Assembly: GCA_013239625.1 (NCBI GenBank)
Contig: MU053319.1
Span: 124,001 to 188,000, forward strand
Direction of reading: 5' to 3'
Origin: Lama guanicoe
Lineage: Eukaryota
Length of the DNA: 64,000 nucleotides
The notes under the pieces were generated by a model. That model saw only the letters and a program-made list of their open reading frames with translations. It made no database searches and was not told the DNA's origin. The stretch's first letter is position 1, and each line of letters begins with the position of its first letter. Below are positions 37,184 to 50,612 of this stretch, in pieces. The position numbers were made by a program, and so were the translations under genes.

Positions 37184-39677
37184 CTATATTCATAGACTAA
37201 ATTCATAGGGATTATACCAAAGACTCAGACCATCCAGTTCTTCACACAGGGTCTTAAACGTTGTGCACAAACTGCACAGTATTGTTATACATGGTACATC
37301 GAGTGCACTAGTCTATACTGTAGACGCTGAGATTCACGCAGCCGGTAACAGGCTCACACGCGTTGCACACGCTCAGTGAGCATTTACGAATTCCTTTATT
37401 ATCATGAAGGAATTCTTCATCATCTCTTTTAGTTCACATAATCTCCCCCTCGTTTTCCTCACTGTCTCTGGCAAAAATACCACCAGCTACTTTAGAGAAA
37501 AGGTAAACAGCCCTGCAACGTTCAGAGCCTTCGTCAACCTGATGCCATCACAACCCCTTTATCGCTCTAATCCTCCGTGATTTAAAGACCACAGCCTGCT
37601 TCCCACTTCCCCTGCTGGGAGCCATATTTTCAGTTCCTTCTTCACTTGCTTTTTCTAATACAGTTGTTAGCCTTGTCGCTCATCCCTGCGCATTACCTGA
37701 TGAAACTCACCCTCGATCAGAGATTTCAACTCTCTGTGGAAAGCCTCCCACGGGCCCCAAGGAGTTAATGGAGCGCCATTTTCTGGATCAGTTTCGTCTG
37801 AACCACAAGGACAACGTTCCCAGCTGCGCTGCGGCATCTGGCTGCTCGGCAATCTCATCGGAGTGCCAGCCGCCGTTTTAGAGCTTGGGGCCTGTCACAG
37901 GGATTAAGCTGCTGTGCAGCTGTTCCTGCCACCTCGGTGCTGTATCGTACAAGTGGGCTCTCCATGTTCCCTCTGAGTGATTCCTGCTTTTCTCTCTATT
38001 CCTATTTTGTTAAAACACCTGGGAGATGCCTTCTGGGGCAGGAGAAGGCGGGGGACCACATGCCCCATATTCACTTTCAGTAGAATTGCAGTACGATTTC
38101 AGTAAATAAAAGGCAAATGAAATAAAGAATAAATAAATAAAAAGGAAAATTTTTCCTTTGCAAATAAAGGGAAACTTTTTAGTGCTTTTGTTCTAAGCGT
38201 TTTGTTTACATGTAAGTAATAGTAGCTTTTTTAAAATAGTAAACAAAAAGAATCTAAAATGGATATATTCCTCTGTTCAATATGTTTTAGACACACAAGT
38301 TACTTGTTTAAGTAACTTTTCTAATCTATCGTTACTGTCAACACTTCAAATAGAAAGCATTTCTTAATCGAGCGTATTTAAACGTTCTCTTTATCTTTCT
38401 CATGAATTCATTTGCTAAGTACGGCTGTTAAATTGCTAACGAACCATCAGTGTCAAAAGGATTGATCTAGTGCGTTCATTTTCAACGGCATTCTAATGTT
38501 CTCTAAGCAGCCTCATTCCTTTGTGACAGCATGATGGCTCCAAATAAGACACATCATAGAACCACAGATTTTCAAACTGTAATGGAACTTGGTGCTTCCA
38601 TTTATTTTACAGATGACAAAACTAACTGAGCATCGGTAAAGTTACAGAATATGCCTCGAGTCACACAGAGAACTGGTGACAGGACCAAGCCCAGAACTCA
38701 GTCCTGTAGTCCCCATCGCTTGCGCTTTCTGCAGTCCCCCACTGCTCACCTCATTCAAGTCCGTGGTCTGTGATTCTCAGCGCTACTCTGTCTGCAACGG
38801 ACCTTTTGCTGGAGACCCTCTCCCACCTCCTGTCCACGAGCCTCTCAAGGCACCTTCCTCACCAGGTCTGGTCCTCTCTCTATCCCGTGTCTGCCTGTGA
38901 GTGTTCAGATCCCTCCCTGATTCTAAGAGAACTCTGCAGACACAACGGGCTGTCTCAGACCTTCTGCAGCAAGTGCCCTCCTGTCCCTGGGGGGCTTGAA
39001 ACAACAATAAATATTCATCCACCACTGATGAGGAAAGAAAGCTCTAAGGAGACTCAGAAAGTTTAGGAATGGTGATCAAATCAGTGTTTTAGACCATGCA
39101 CATCTTGAGATGCTGGCTTTCACAAAACAGAGAAAGAATGTGAGCTACATCAAGTTTCTCATCTCATTTTGCATCCCGCCCTGGGAAGGCTGCCTATGAA
39201 GAATTTCTCACCCTATTCAGCATTCTACCTTGATGATTTCAGTCCAGCCCTTGTTCTGAATGCCAACTGCCATCTTCTCTCTGAACGCAATTATTCTTGC
39301 CAATGGCTATGCAGTGGGTTTAACTAGTTCCTGCCTCGCTCACTTTCCTACACAGGCAGTAACACCTACAATTCCCATTTCTTCAGCTTTGTTAAATGAA
39401 AGCGTGCTATTTGATTGGAAAGGTGATTAATTGTGTCATGAGGTGGCTGTTCTCAGAGAAGAAGACAAAAATATTTCCCTGCAGGTGTCACCCAAAGAAA
39501 GTCAGTCTGAGTCCATCCACATGTGACATTAGCCCCCCAAACAGGGGACGAGCACACTGATAAATTTATCACGTCAGGAAACTTTGGGGCGATGGCATTC
39601 ACATTTTTGAGCTTCCTCAGGTGTTGAGTTAAAAGGTAAGGATTGCACTTCTGAGCAAGGGAGAAATGGTATTTCTG

Positions 39678-40067
39678 TTTTTTATTGAAGTAGAGTCAGG
39701 TGACAATGTTGTGTCAATTTCTGGTGTACAGCATCATGTTTCAGTCATACATACACATACATAGATTTGCTTTCATATTCTTTTTCATTATAGGTTACTA
39801 CAAGATATTGAATATAGCTCCCTATGCAATACAGTATGAACTTGTTGTTTATCTATTTCATATATATTAGTTAGTATCTGCAAATCTCGAACTCCCAATT
39901 TATCCCTTCCCACCCCCTTCCCCCAGATAACCGTAAGTTTGTTCTCCATGTCTCTGAGTCTGTTTCTGTTTTGTAAATAAGTTCATTTGTGTCTTTTTTT
40001 TTTTAAGATATCACATATGAGTGAAATCATATGGTATTTTTCTTTCTCTTTCTGGCTCACTTCATTT
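39678..40067 (-). mobile_element. L1 3' UTR, 3' half of the U6-L1 chimera
   Basis: T tract followed by ATTGAAGTAGAGTCAG...CTGGCTCACTTCATTT, joined directly to U6. Confidence 0.92.
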
Positions 40068-40175
40068 AAAAATATGGAACGTTTCAGGAATTCACTTGTC
40101 ACTCTTGTGGGGGAGGTCACGCTCATCTCCGTATCTTTCCTTATATTTTAGTATATGTGCTGCTGAAGCAAGCAT
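40068..40175 (-). pseudogene. RNU6: Full-length U6 snRNA retropseudogene
   Basis: Reverse complement ATGCTTGCTTCAGCAGCACATATACTAAAAT...GATACGGAGA...GAATTCCTGAAACGTTCCATATTTTT versus U6 GTGCTCGCTTCGGCAGCACATATACTAAAAT...GATACAGAGA...AATTCGTGAAGCGTTCCATATTTTT. Confidence 0.93.
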
Positions 40176-41550
40176 GCTATTTCTTGAGATGGTTACAAAC
40201 AGAGTAGTTAATAACCAAAAGGCAACCTGAAAAAGAATCCTGCTGGAAATAATAGAGAAATATCTTTGTTAATGGAGAAAATATTTCTCCCTGCCTAAGA
40301 ATGGAAAAGGAGAGGGCAAATAGTGATATTAATCATTATTCTCCAAGAAATCAGTGCAAGAAAAAATGTCTTCCTGTTGACTCCTACTCCTCATAATAAG
40401 TATATTAAGGAAATAAGAAGGAAAATAGTGCATTTAAATAAACGAGACTGTGTTAATGGGTAAAAATAGTCAATATATACTAAGATTTCATCACATGGCT
40501 TGAACCAATGTTGATCAAAGCTTGCATCAGCCCTGCTTGCTAAGACTTTATGATCTAACACAATCGTGCCAAAGGCATGAACTTTGAAAAGTCAGTCTGA
40601 TTTATGCAAGGGAGAATGTTTTTTGTAATAGTTTTGTTTATTTGACTATTGGGGAATATTTTCAAGACACACTCCGGTGCTACTGAATTCCCTCCGGGGA
40701 AAGAGTATGAAGGAAAGCAGAGGACAGTTGAGAGTGAGAAGTTATGCACCGGTAAGATTGCAAAAAAAAGAGAAAAAAGGACAGAATGTCAGCACAAGAT
40801 GTTGTGCCTTCCTTAGAGAGAATCCTAACAAAATAAAGCAAATACATCCAGCGATGAAGGTCTTGAGGTCGGTTCGAACCTCCATCTCTCCTGAATCGGT
40901 ACCGTTATCCCAGAACGGGGGCTGATTTGAAGCCAGTACAGTGGCGTGTTTGTGTGTCCAGAAGGGGTTGACAGCCCAAATTGGCCCACGGATGTTCAGA
41001 CTCACCCAAGTACCTTCCAAACACGGGCTCCATCCGGGTCCGATCTTCCCTCTGTAATCTAAACCAGAATCAGTCTAATTTTCTGGAGTTGGAAGATGGA
41101 GGGATTTTTACCTTACCACAAGGTCTCTCTGTAGAGTAAGTTTCTACAGATTGTTTCATCTGTTTCTTTTTAGTGTCAGGAAAGAATAAATGGTAACGAA
41201 ATTCTGTAGCCTAAATATAAATATATAGGTCAACTGTCTATTATTGAATCAAACTTTGCGAAGCTCACATTTTATAAAAGTCTACTTTTAGATGAAAACA
41301 AATGAGAAAATGTTGTAGGAAAGGATGACCTAGAAATTGTTAAATAAATGCAAGAAAACTAGAACTGAAAAGAAATTGGAATAAATGGAAATTTCTATCT
41401 CAGAGGACAGAATTGAATCCAAGATAAATCCTTGCCATATTTTTTTCCTCCTACGTAAAAAATAAGTGTTAAATAAAACATCACTTTTGTTCTGTTACTT
41501 ACTGTTGTGAACTGACCTTTTAAAAAAATGTACAAGCTACTCTTAGGGTG

Positions 41551-43537
41551 TTTTTTTTTTTNNNNNNNNNNNNNNNNNNNNNNNNNNNNNNNNNNNNNNN
41601 NNNNNNNNNNNNNNNNNNNNNNNNNNNNNNNNNNNTTACTCATCTTACAGCTGAAACTAACCTCCCCATATTTTCCCCACCCACCTGCGCCTGGCAACGA
41701 CTCTTCTACTCTGTTCTTAGATGTCTGACTTTTTCCCTAAGATTCTACGTGTAAGTAATACCATGTTGTGTTTGTCTTTCTCCTTCTGACTTATTTCACT
41801 TAGCATAATGCCCGCAAGGCCCACCTACGTTGTCACTAATGGCAGGGGTTTCTTCTTTCTTGTGTACGTGCACCACAGCTTCTTTATCCGTTCACCCACT
41901 GATGAACACTTAGGGTCTTTCCGTATTTTGGCTATTGTGAATAATAAAGTGCAATAAACAGGCACAGAATTTCTTTGATATCCTGTTTTCATATCTCTTG
42001 GATACATACTCAGAAAGAGGACTGCTGGATCATAAGGTAGTTCTATTTTTTAACTTTTTGAGGCATACTGCTTCCCATAATGGACCGGTTTACATTCCCA
42101 CCAACAGTGCACATGGACTTCCCTTTCTCTACATCTTTACCAATGCTCGGTACCTCTTGTCTTTTTGATGATGGCCATTCTAACAGGTGTGAGGTGACCT
42201 TTCCTGGTGGTTTTCATTTGCATTTCCCTGATGATGAGTGACGGTGAGTATCATTTCACGTACTGTTGGCCAGCTGTGTGACTTGTTTGGAAAATGTCTA
42301 TTCAGAACCTTTGCCCATTTTTAACCAGGTTCCTTGCTGTTGTTTGTTTATTTGTTTCGCTGTTGAGTTATATGAGTTCTTTGCATATGTTAGCTATTAA
42401 CCCCTTGCCAGATACATGATCTGAGACTTTCTCTCCCACTCAGTAGGTTGCCTTTTCACTTTGTTGATGAATTCCTTTGCTGTGCAGGGGTTTTTTAGAT
42501 TGACATAGTCCCACTTGTCAATTTTTGCTTTCATTAGCCTTTGCGTTTGGTAGCAAATCCAAAAAAAATCATCACCAAGTTCAGTGTCAAGGAGCTTACC
42601 ACCTATGTTTTCTCCTAGGAGTTTTATAGTTTCAGGTCTTATGTTCAAGTCTTTAATCCACTTGGAGTTGATGGAGTTTCATTCTTTTGCATGTGGCTGT
42701 CCAGTTTTCCCAACATCCTTTGTCGAAAACATTCTCTTTTACCTACTGTATCTTCTTGGCTATTTTGTCATAAATGAATTGACTATATATGCTTGGGCTT
42801 ATTCCTGGGCTTTTAATTCCATTCCATTCATCTATATGTCTGTTTTTGTGCCAGTACCACACACTTGTAAATAGCAGCTTTGTAATAGAGTTTGAAATCA
42901 GGGATCATGATGCCTCCAGCCTTGTTCTTCTTTCTCAGGGTTTCTTCGGCTGTTCAGGGTCTTTAATGGTTTCAAACAAATTCAATGATTGCTCATTCTA
43001 GTTCTGCGAAAAATGCTTTTGTAATTTTGAAAGGAATTGCGTTGAATCTGTAGATGACTTTGGGTAGTATGGACACTTTGACCATATTAATTCTTCCAAT
43101 ACATGAGCACAAAATAGCCTTCCATTTACCTTTTGTGTTTCTCAATTTCTTTCCTCAATGTCTTCATAGTTTTCAGTGTATAGGCCTTTCATTTCCTTAG
43201 TTCAATTTATTCCTGGATATTCTAGTCTTTGATGCAATGATAAATGGGATTGTTTCTTAATTTCTGTTTCTGATGGTTTGGTATTAGTGTACAGAAATGT
43301 GACTGATTTTTGTGTATTGATTTTGTACCCCTCAACTGAATTTGTTAGCTGTAGCATTTTTTGGTAGAGTCTAGGGTTATCTATACATAATATTGTGTCA
43401 TCTATGAATAGAGACTGTTTTACTCCTTTCTTTACAATTTGGGTGAATTTTATTTGTTTTTCTTACCTAATCGCTCTGGCTAGGACTTCCAGTGCAATGT
43501 CGAATAAAAGTGGTGAAAGTGAGCATCCTTGTCTTGT
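41551..43537 (-). mobile_element. Older L1, about 2 kb of ORF2 and 3' end, includes N gap 41562-41635
   Basis: ORF2 remnant NIRPETIKLLGENIG...KAKIDKWDY...KRQPTEWE. Confidence 0.92.
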
Positions 43538-46019
43538 AAACCCAATCCTTCCTAACCTGAACACCCATCCTACTTTATCTCATCTGATAGTTAGTCTTAC
43601 TGTCTGAATATGAAACACTCCAGAATGTGAAATGCACATAAGATTTGAGTAATGACTGCTTTAGACAGCAGCTAATAGCAGATGCTCTGAGTGTTGCAAT
43701 ATCTACCAGACCAAAACAGAAATACAGCAAAACTTGCAGTGGGTCCTAGGGAGCTCCATAGCATTCCCTAGTTAGAGTTTTTCACAAGTCACAAGACCGC
43801 AAAATTACTTCCTTGCAATGTGAACTGCAAAAAAATGAATCTTTTTGGTCTGACAGTCAAAGACATTTGCTGAGGTTGAGCAAAACTATTGCATGAGCCA
43901 AGGCTACTGTTTGTCCAATCATTTTCAGAAGTACATTTAAGTGCCCTAATGTCCCTATGGATTTTTTTCCCCTCCAGTGAATTAGATTCAAGTTAATGGA
44001 AACCATTAAATCTACTTGTGTCGGATCTCTTAACTGACTTTCTCCAAGTTGCCTCTTTTTCAGATGTCTTTTGGGATTTTTCATTTGTTCCATCAGAGTC
44101 CCTTGGAACTAACACTTTTGCTGACTTGTGAAATATGTGGTCAAGCAGAAGCACCTAACAATGTTTAGAAGTTGAGCAGATATGGTCTGTGGGATGACCA
44201 TGTACAGCACCGTATGAAAATACAGCTTGACGCGATGTCTAATCTACTGTGACATTCAAGTTTTAAGTGATGCTCAAGGAGGTGGAAGGATTGGTTCCAC
44301 AGACATCCCAACGTGCACTGGTCTTCCGTCTGTTAACTTGCTAATGAAGCATGATTGAGTAAAGTAATGAACAGTTTACAGAGAGCCCCAGGAAACCAAT
44401 TTCCAATTTTGCAACCAGCAGGCTTTAACTTCACTTCAGCCTTTTCTAATTTTGTCTGGAAGCAGACTTGGATACTAAAAGCCATCCCTGCCTTCTGACT
44501 CAGACAGACTTTTCTAACCCCCAGATACTTGCCTATTAATGAACATCTCTTCATAAGATCCATTTTATTTCTCTCCTTGGTAGTTCTGAATAGGCTGAGT
44601 GGCTAAACAATGATCATAATGAAAAATGAAACTTTAACCACTTTGAAAATTAGAAACATTGGAAAGCTTCGATCTTGTGTCTGACCTATGTAAGACAGGA
44701 AACGAATTATCTTAAATCAATTTATGATGAAATTCAGCAAAAACTTTAACAATTGTGTAGTGTTTATATTGATGGTTTGAAAGAGATCATTTTAATGTCT
44801 GTCAGTGTGTGTCAATTCACTCATTATAATTTTTGACTTATACTAAACTACAATCTACTATTCCTAAAAATAACCTTTATCTATGCAACAAAACTTCTGA
44901 AAAATAAGCAAGAAAATGTGTACAAATTAGATCTGCTGACAGCAAAAATGTCTAGCTGATAGCAATGCCTTAACATGGTAACAACACGGGAGTCCCTGGG
45001 TATAATTTCAGACACTGGGTTAGGCTTGTATGTCACTAATTAGTCTTAATCTGTTTAAGAAACATTTGGCTCTACATAAATATTTGGTAATTGTGAGCAC
45101 GTCCATCTGCAACACCAAGGAAATTGTCCATTTTCTTCTTCCGGTTACGAGAGAGGCACCAAGGGACAATTTATTTCTACGTGCACTCCTGGAAATTGCC
45201 TGTGCTCACCTTTAAAGTCGAGCAGGAGAAAACCCTTTTAGCTCTGACTCTAATGACTCAAAGAAGGAAGTATTTCCAAAGATAAAGGGAAAACGGGACC
45301 GGTGAATGCTGATGTGGTGACGAGGTTAAGTCAGTCTCCGTCAGGAAGCACCAGGCTGGTGCACGAGGCAGGCACCCTTCAGACAAGGTCAAAAATCTTC
45401 TAACGGAAGGCAAAGAGAGAGTAAGAATCCTTTCTCCTGTCATTCGCACTGCCATTAACTCCCACATTTAAAAGTGTCTGTAAGTGATCACTCATTCTGA
45501 AGAGCCTCTTCTGTGAAATACAACAAAGAAACCGGAGTCTGTCATTAACTTTTCAAGATGTAATCTGTGCTACCTAATTGCAGGGGGCCGGTGGGGGGGG
45601 TGCTCCTTTTTCTTTCTTTCTTTGCATGTTAAAGCTGTAGAAAGTAAAAGGCATCATCCAGACGAAAACGACTCCAGACCTTCCGGCTGGAACACGGTTA
45701 TCTTTGAGATCTTTTCTCACTTGGTCCGGCTGAGTGCAGACTGTCCATCTCTTAAGGATAAAAAAAATCTAAATGCTTCAGTGGCACTGAAAGACCCACG
45801 TGCCGGTCACCATGAGCTAAGGGGGACATTTCTTTTGCATATTCCTTGTTCGGGCAAGATGCTTAGTCTAAATTGTAATATACTTGGCAAGGTTTAGGAC
45901 CCTCCAAGCTTATGTATTTTCAGTAATCTTTCACAAATGTTACATTATTTTTTGCTTTCACAGTTCCATGCTTGTCCCAGGGCCCAGCCTAATAAACGCT
46001 GACACTCCTGGCTCAGTCT

Positions 46020-46190
46020 AATTATCACGCAGCAAGCTGGGTGGAGCAGGGGGGTGGAGCGCATGCGCCCAGGGCGCCCCTGCCAGTCACGGAGCTGAGA
46101 CCGCTTCCAAAGGCGCCCCAGGTGGGACATGCTGGCGAGGTCTTTGCTGGCGTGGCATTCTCATTGAAAGCGCTTTTCATTTGCTTCATC
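46020..46190. promoter_or_regulatory. CpG-rich patch with a perfect NRF1 motif
   Basis: GCGCATGCGC at 46059-46068 in a GC/CpG-rich patch within AT-rich DNA. Confidence 0.4.
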
Positions 46191-47201
46191 ATAGTGCCTG
46201 CCTACACAATTTATAATAATTCCAATATTTTAAATTTGGGGACGTCTTTGGAGCTCACAGATGGTGTTCGTGCATTACCTCACACCACCCTAGGACAAGC
46301 ACGTTTGTTTTTTGACACAAGGGGAAATCGAGGCTCATTTAATTAAAATAAAAATGGAGTTTATCAAAACTGTAAAGCTGCCAAGAGTCAGAGGCTGGCT
46401 TTCAACCAGGTTTTCCCAGCCCCAAGCCTACATCTCTCTCTCCTTTACTAGAGCCTCCTGGAACGTCCATGTACAGGTACACACGACTGTGACCATTGTC
46501 CATGAAGGTGGAAGCCACAGGGCGCCCTGCAATGCTGGCAGCTCTGGCCGTGGTTTTAACATCCAGCACAGAACTTCAGTGGCACAAATGTTATCATAAA
46601 TGTTGACCGAATGCACAACAGAATACAGAGGACAGCAAACTGTGTTGATGTTACATGACACTTTTTCTCACCTCGTGTATCATGAAACTCCCAGCAGAAG
46701 TCCATGAAAGCATTCCTCTTCTTCATTGTGCTTCAATGTGCTCACCTACAATCATAAATACAGCACATACAATTTAGCTTTTCTCCAGGGAGGCAGACTG
46801 GGTGCCAGCAATGAACATTGCTTATTAAAAAGCATGATTGCAGTTCAAAAAAAAAAATGAGAGAATGATCTCTACCTGAAAAGTGACCCATAAAGAGTGC
46901 AATATACTAAACAGTAATGATGTTCATTTCACAGCATTTCCCAAGGAGGACAAGTTTGATTCCCAATCAGAATACATGGCTTCTCCCAACATGTAGCTCT
47001 AGGAGACTGAATGTCCGTCTCTCACTGCACAACACACGGAAAAGTAAGGAAAAGATGTGGATCTGGTTCGGTAACACAAGTGATAGGGGCACCGGGAAGT
47101 CTCACCGTACTAGCAACAATGACACACACACAGTGGGGTTGGTGCTATTTTAGATACTTTTTGTATGAAGACAAACAGTTGAATTTAAAATATGGTATCC
47201 A

Positions 47202-47327
47202 CTATGATAAAAAGGAATATGAAAATGAATATATGTAAGTGTATGTATGACTGAAACACGCTGTCCACCAGAAATTGACACACTGTAACTGACTATACTT
47301 CAATAAAAAAAAAGAATAAAAAACAAC
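47202..47327 (+). mobile_element. Short L1 3' tip with TSD
   Basis: TSD ATGGTATCCA at 47192-47201 and 47328-47337. Confidence 0.9.
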
Positions 47328-48929
47328 ATGGTATCCATAAACATGGTAACATTGAACGAAGAAGACAGGAGGAGAGAATGAAGGTGCAGTAGACAGACTA
47401 TTTCCCTGAAGATGCTTGGTCCTATGACTTTGAACGCTGAGCATGGTCACACACAGGCAGTAGAGGGAGTGAGAAAATTCTATGATAAGTGACGATGCGG
47501 CTCCCTGCCCTCGCTGTGTCCTTCTGCAGCTTTTATTCAGCAGCTCAGTTCTCGTTGACAGTCTTGCATCTCGAGGTACAGACCTCCTCCACACATCCTG
47601 GAACGTACAAGCTTAGGGCAAGCTAGTGAAATCGTCTCACTGCCACTCTAGTCAACTAAAGCACCCAAAATACAAGATTTTGCAAGAGGTGGCATGATGA
47701 TTCAGTCATGGAGATAGAATACAATCATGGTTTCTTAATTCTGAATGAAGAATTACTCCAAAATAATAATTATGCTAACACAGATGACAAACATAAGTTC
47801 AGTCAATGCCCTCTGATATTCACACATTAAAGACCTTTACCTGATCGGTGAAATTAACAGGAATTACTACTAAAACATAGCCTGTGGCAAGTATGAGGTC
47901 AGGGATCTGAGGGGCGGAGTGCGTTTCTAGAGAAACACCAAATATTACAAAGAAACGAAATTTGTAAAAGTAGGTTGACCCAACCCTTTGACCCACTGAA
48001 ACTGAGCAAAGATACAAAGATTCATGATTGGGTCTATTTTTTAATGTAATTTTTTAAAGAGCATGTTTTGTACACAAATCCTCTGCTGCTAATTGAAAAA
48101 TGTATTTTGAGGGAAAAGCATCCAGTGAAACACTTGATTCATTTCCAGGAACAGATTCAATGACATTTGCAGAAATAGCTCTCCATTATCTCCATTGTAT
48201 TACTTGGTAAATTTAGCAGAAAGAAGGGGATGGGAAAATATGAAAACACAAAATGTGAAAATAATGAAACTTTAATGTAGCACAAAAACTTTGACAGATG
48301 TAAGGCTACAAAGAGTCATTAAATCCTTCTCAGTCCATCTCGTTTTATCTCCCTCAACCCTTCACTATCAATTATTCCTAATGTTGCTCTTTTTCCGGCT
48401 AGATGCATGGAAGCCATGGAAACACACAGTTTCCTTGTCATCTCTCCGTCCCAGCCAGTCTCTGGCACCACAAGAATGGCCCCCAATCACATGGCGTGGA
48501 ATGTCTCTGAGGGAAGACAATTGTAGTGATTCTATCCGAGAAGCATTTAGTCATTATTGTGGCCATTGCGGTGACTCTTACCCTCATCCTATAAAGGGCT
48601 AGTGAGTGCTGTGTATTGCAGTCATTGGGGAACCGATGCACCGTTAAATGTGTCCTTTGTGTCTCAGGCTCGCAACATATTGCAGTGAGAACGAAGCTGG
48701 TCTCTTCTGCCTGGATCAATGCACACGAGAAGAGCTTGAGCTCTGCTCATTTGTCATTATCAACGGCAGATCGCCACCTAAATACATTCAAAATAAAATT
48801 ATCCTGGAATTGCCTGCTGCTCTCAGCTTCATTCCAAGTCATAAGAACTATTGGCTCTTGAGGGCCCAATTTTAAATTGTGGTAGCTGGCCAACGTGGTC
48901 ATCACCCCAGGCAATGTTTAAAGATTGTA

Positions 48930-49130
48930 CAATATATAAAGAAGGAAAATAAGCAACAAGTGTCTTCTGTGTAGCACAGGGAACTATATTCAGTATCTTG
49001 TAATAACCTATAATGAAAAAGAATATGAAAATACATCTATGTATGTACATGTGTGACTGGGACATGATGCTGTGCGCCAGAAATTGACACAGCATTGTAA
49101 ACTGACTATACTACAATAAAAATTAAAAAT
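48930..49130 (+). mobile_element. Young L1 3' UTR
   Basis: GTAGCACAGGGAACTATATTCA...GAAATTGACACAGCATTGTAAACTGACTATAC. Confidence 0.9.
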
Positions 49131-50585
49131 TAAATTGTAGAAGGAAATACCTTCCATTAGAAGCCTCTTTTCTTTGGACAATTATTCAGTGCCACTATCT
49201 TGCTTTTTGCAAATACGACCCCTAGTCCTACAGAATCACGAGAAAAATCCAGACAAGGGCAGTAAAGGTGGGTGGTTGGTATCAACATGCGACTAAATGT
49301 ACATTTCCAAGTGGTTTGCTCTCTAGTATGCCTGGGATTAGCAAGGGGTGGGGACAGGGGGACAATGAATACCTCAAAGGAGCAAGGGGTGTAGATAAGG
49401 AACATCAGACGCTTCCTCTACCCACATCCTTCCTCTGTACAGATCCCTAAATGAAAGATGTACTTCTTGGGATTAACCTGCCTGGCAACCCTCCAAATTT
49501 TAGGATGATCTCAGAAGGCAGAATAGCAAAGTAACTGAGAACATGTATCTTGGAATTGATCTCAGTCTGGGCATACATCTACTGTAGCTTTAAGAAAATT
49601 ACTTAAATTCTCTCCAATAATATGTATAGTGGAGCCATGCCTTACATGAAGGAGTAAGATTGCAAATGCAGAAGCCAAAATTCCTGATTGTGGACATTCC
49701 TCTTGGAAATTCCTGTGTAATTTTCTCTTTCATGCTTTATAAATTCTTTCCATTTGTCTCAAGGAAGTTGAAAAAGGTTTCCTGGTCTATGAAATATCAT
49801 GCTTCACTTGTTGTCAACAGTCAGGAATTCCTCAAATTACTCGTACGTGATTTTCGTACCTTTTGCCATTAACTATTTCAGATGTTTTTAAGAGACATGT
49901 GAATTCAGGCTTGTACAATAGTGGAAATTCTACTCCCACGACCAGCATGTTTGTTTCCTAAACATAACCACAGACTTGAATTCCCTCCTTAGAACGATTT
50001 CTTCCATTGCAAATAACAGAAATTCACGTTAAGATACTTCAACAAAGGAAACTTTGTTAGGACCCAGGAATGGTTTATGAAATTCATTAACAGCTGAGTT
50101 TCTCAAGGATCTGGAACCAGCAACTGGAAAGTGTCAGGAAACAAAATAGCTTTGACTTTTGGGGACCTCATGGACATGAGTTTCCTTCTCTCTGCATAAT
50201 TCTTTCTCTCTCTCTCTGAAATCTCAGTTTCTGTTTGTCTGAGGAGATTATGGCTCAGCGTCTCCCCAAAATGAAAAACTCAACCAACAAAGACTACAGC
50301 TGACTACTGGCTCAGAAACTCCAGGAATGGGAAAGAGGATTTTGTCAGCTGAGCCTCGGCTGGAGGGTGGGGACCATCTGATGTAAAAGTGGCCACCAGG
50401 GTCCAATCACATAGATGAGGAAGATTTATCAACAAAAAGGATTGTGGGTGAGGCAGATTCCCCAAATGGTTCTTCAAAATACCATCCACAGCGGGTGCTA
50501 GCATCTGGAGAAGGTAGGGAGTCTTAAAAGAATTTTTCTAGGATTCATTAGCAAAGAAGAGGTAAACCAGATGGTCACAAAGGCT

Positions 50586-50612
50586 GGGGGTAAGGGTTAG
50601 GGTTAGGGTGGG
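50586..50612 (+). repeat. Short telomere-like / G-quadruplex motif
   Basis: GGGGG TAAGGG TTAGGG TTAGGG TGGG. Confidence 0.7.

Noticed and set aside
40068..40175. Functional U6 gene
   Set aside because: Mutated ACAGAGA box and ISL, fused to L1, TSD present, no evident PSE/TATA upstream.
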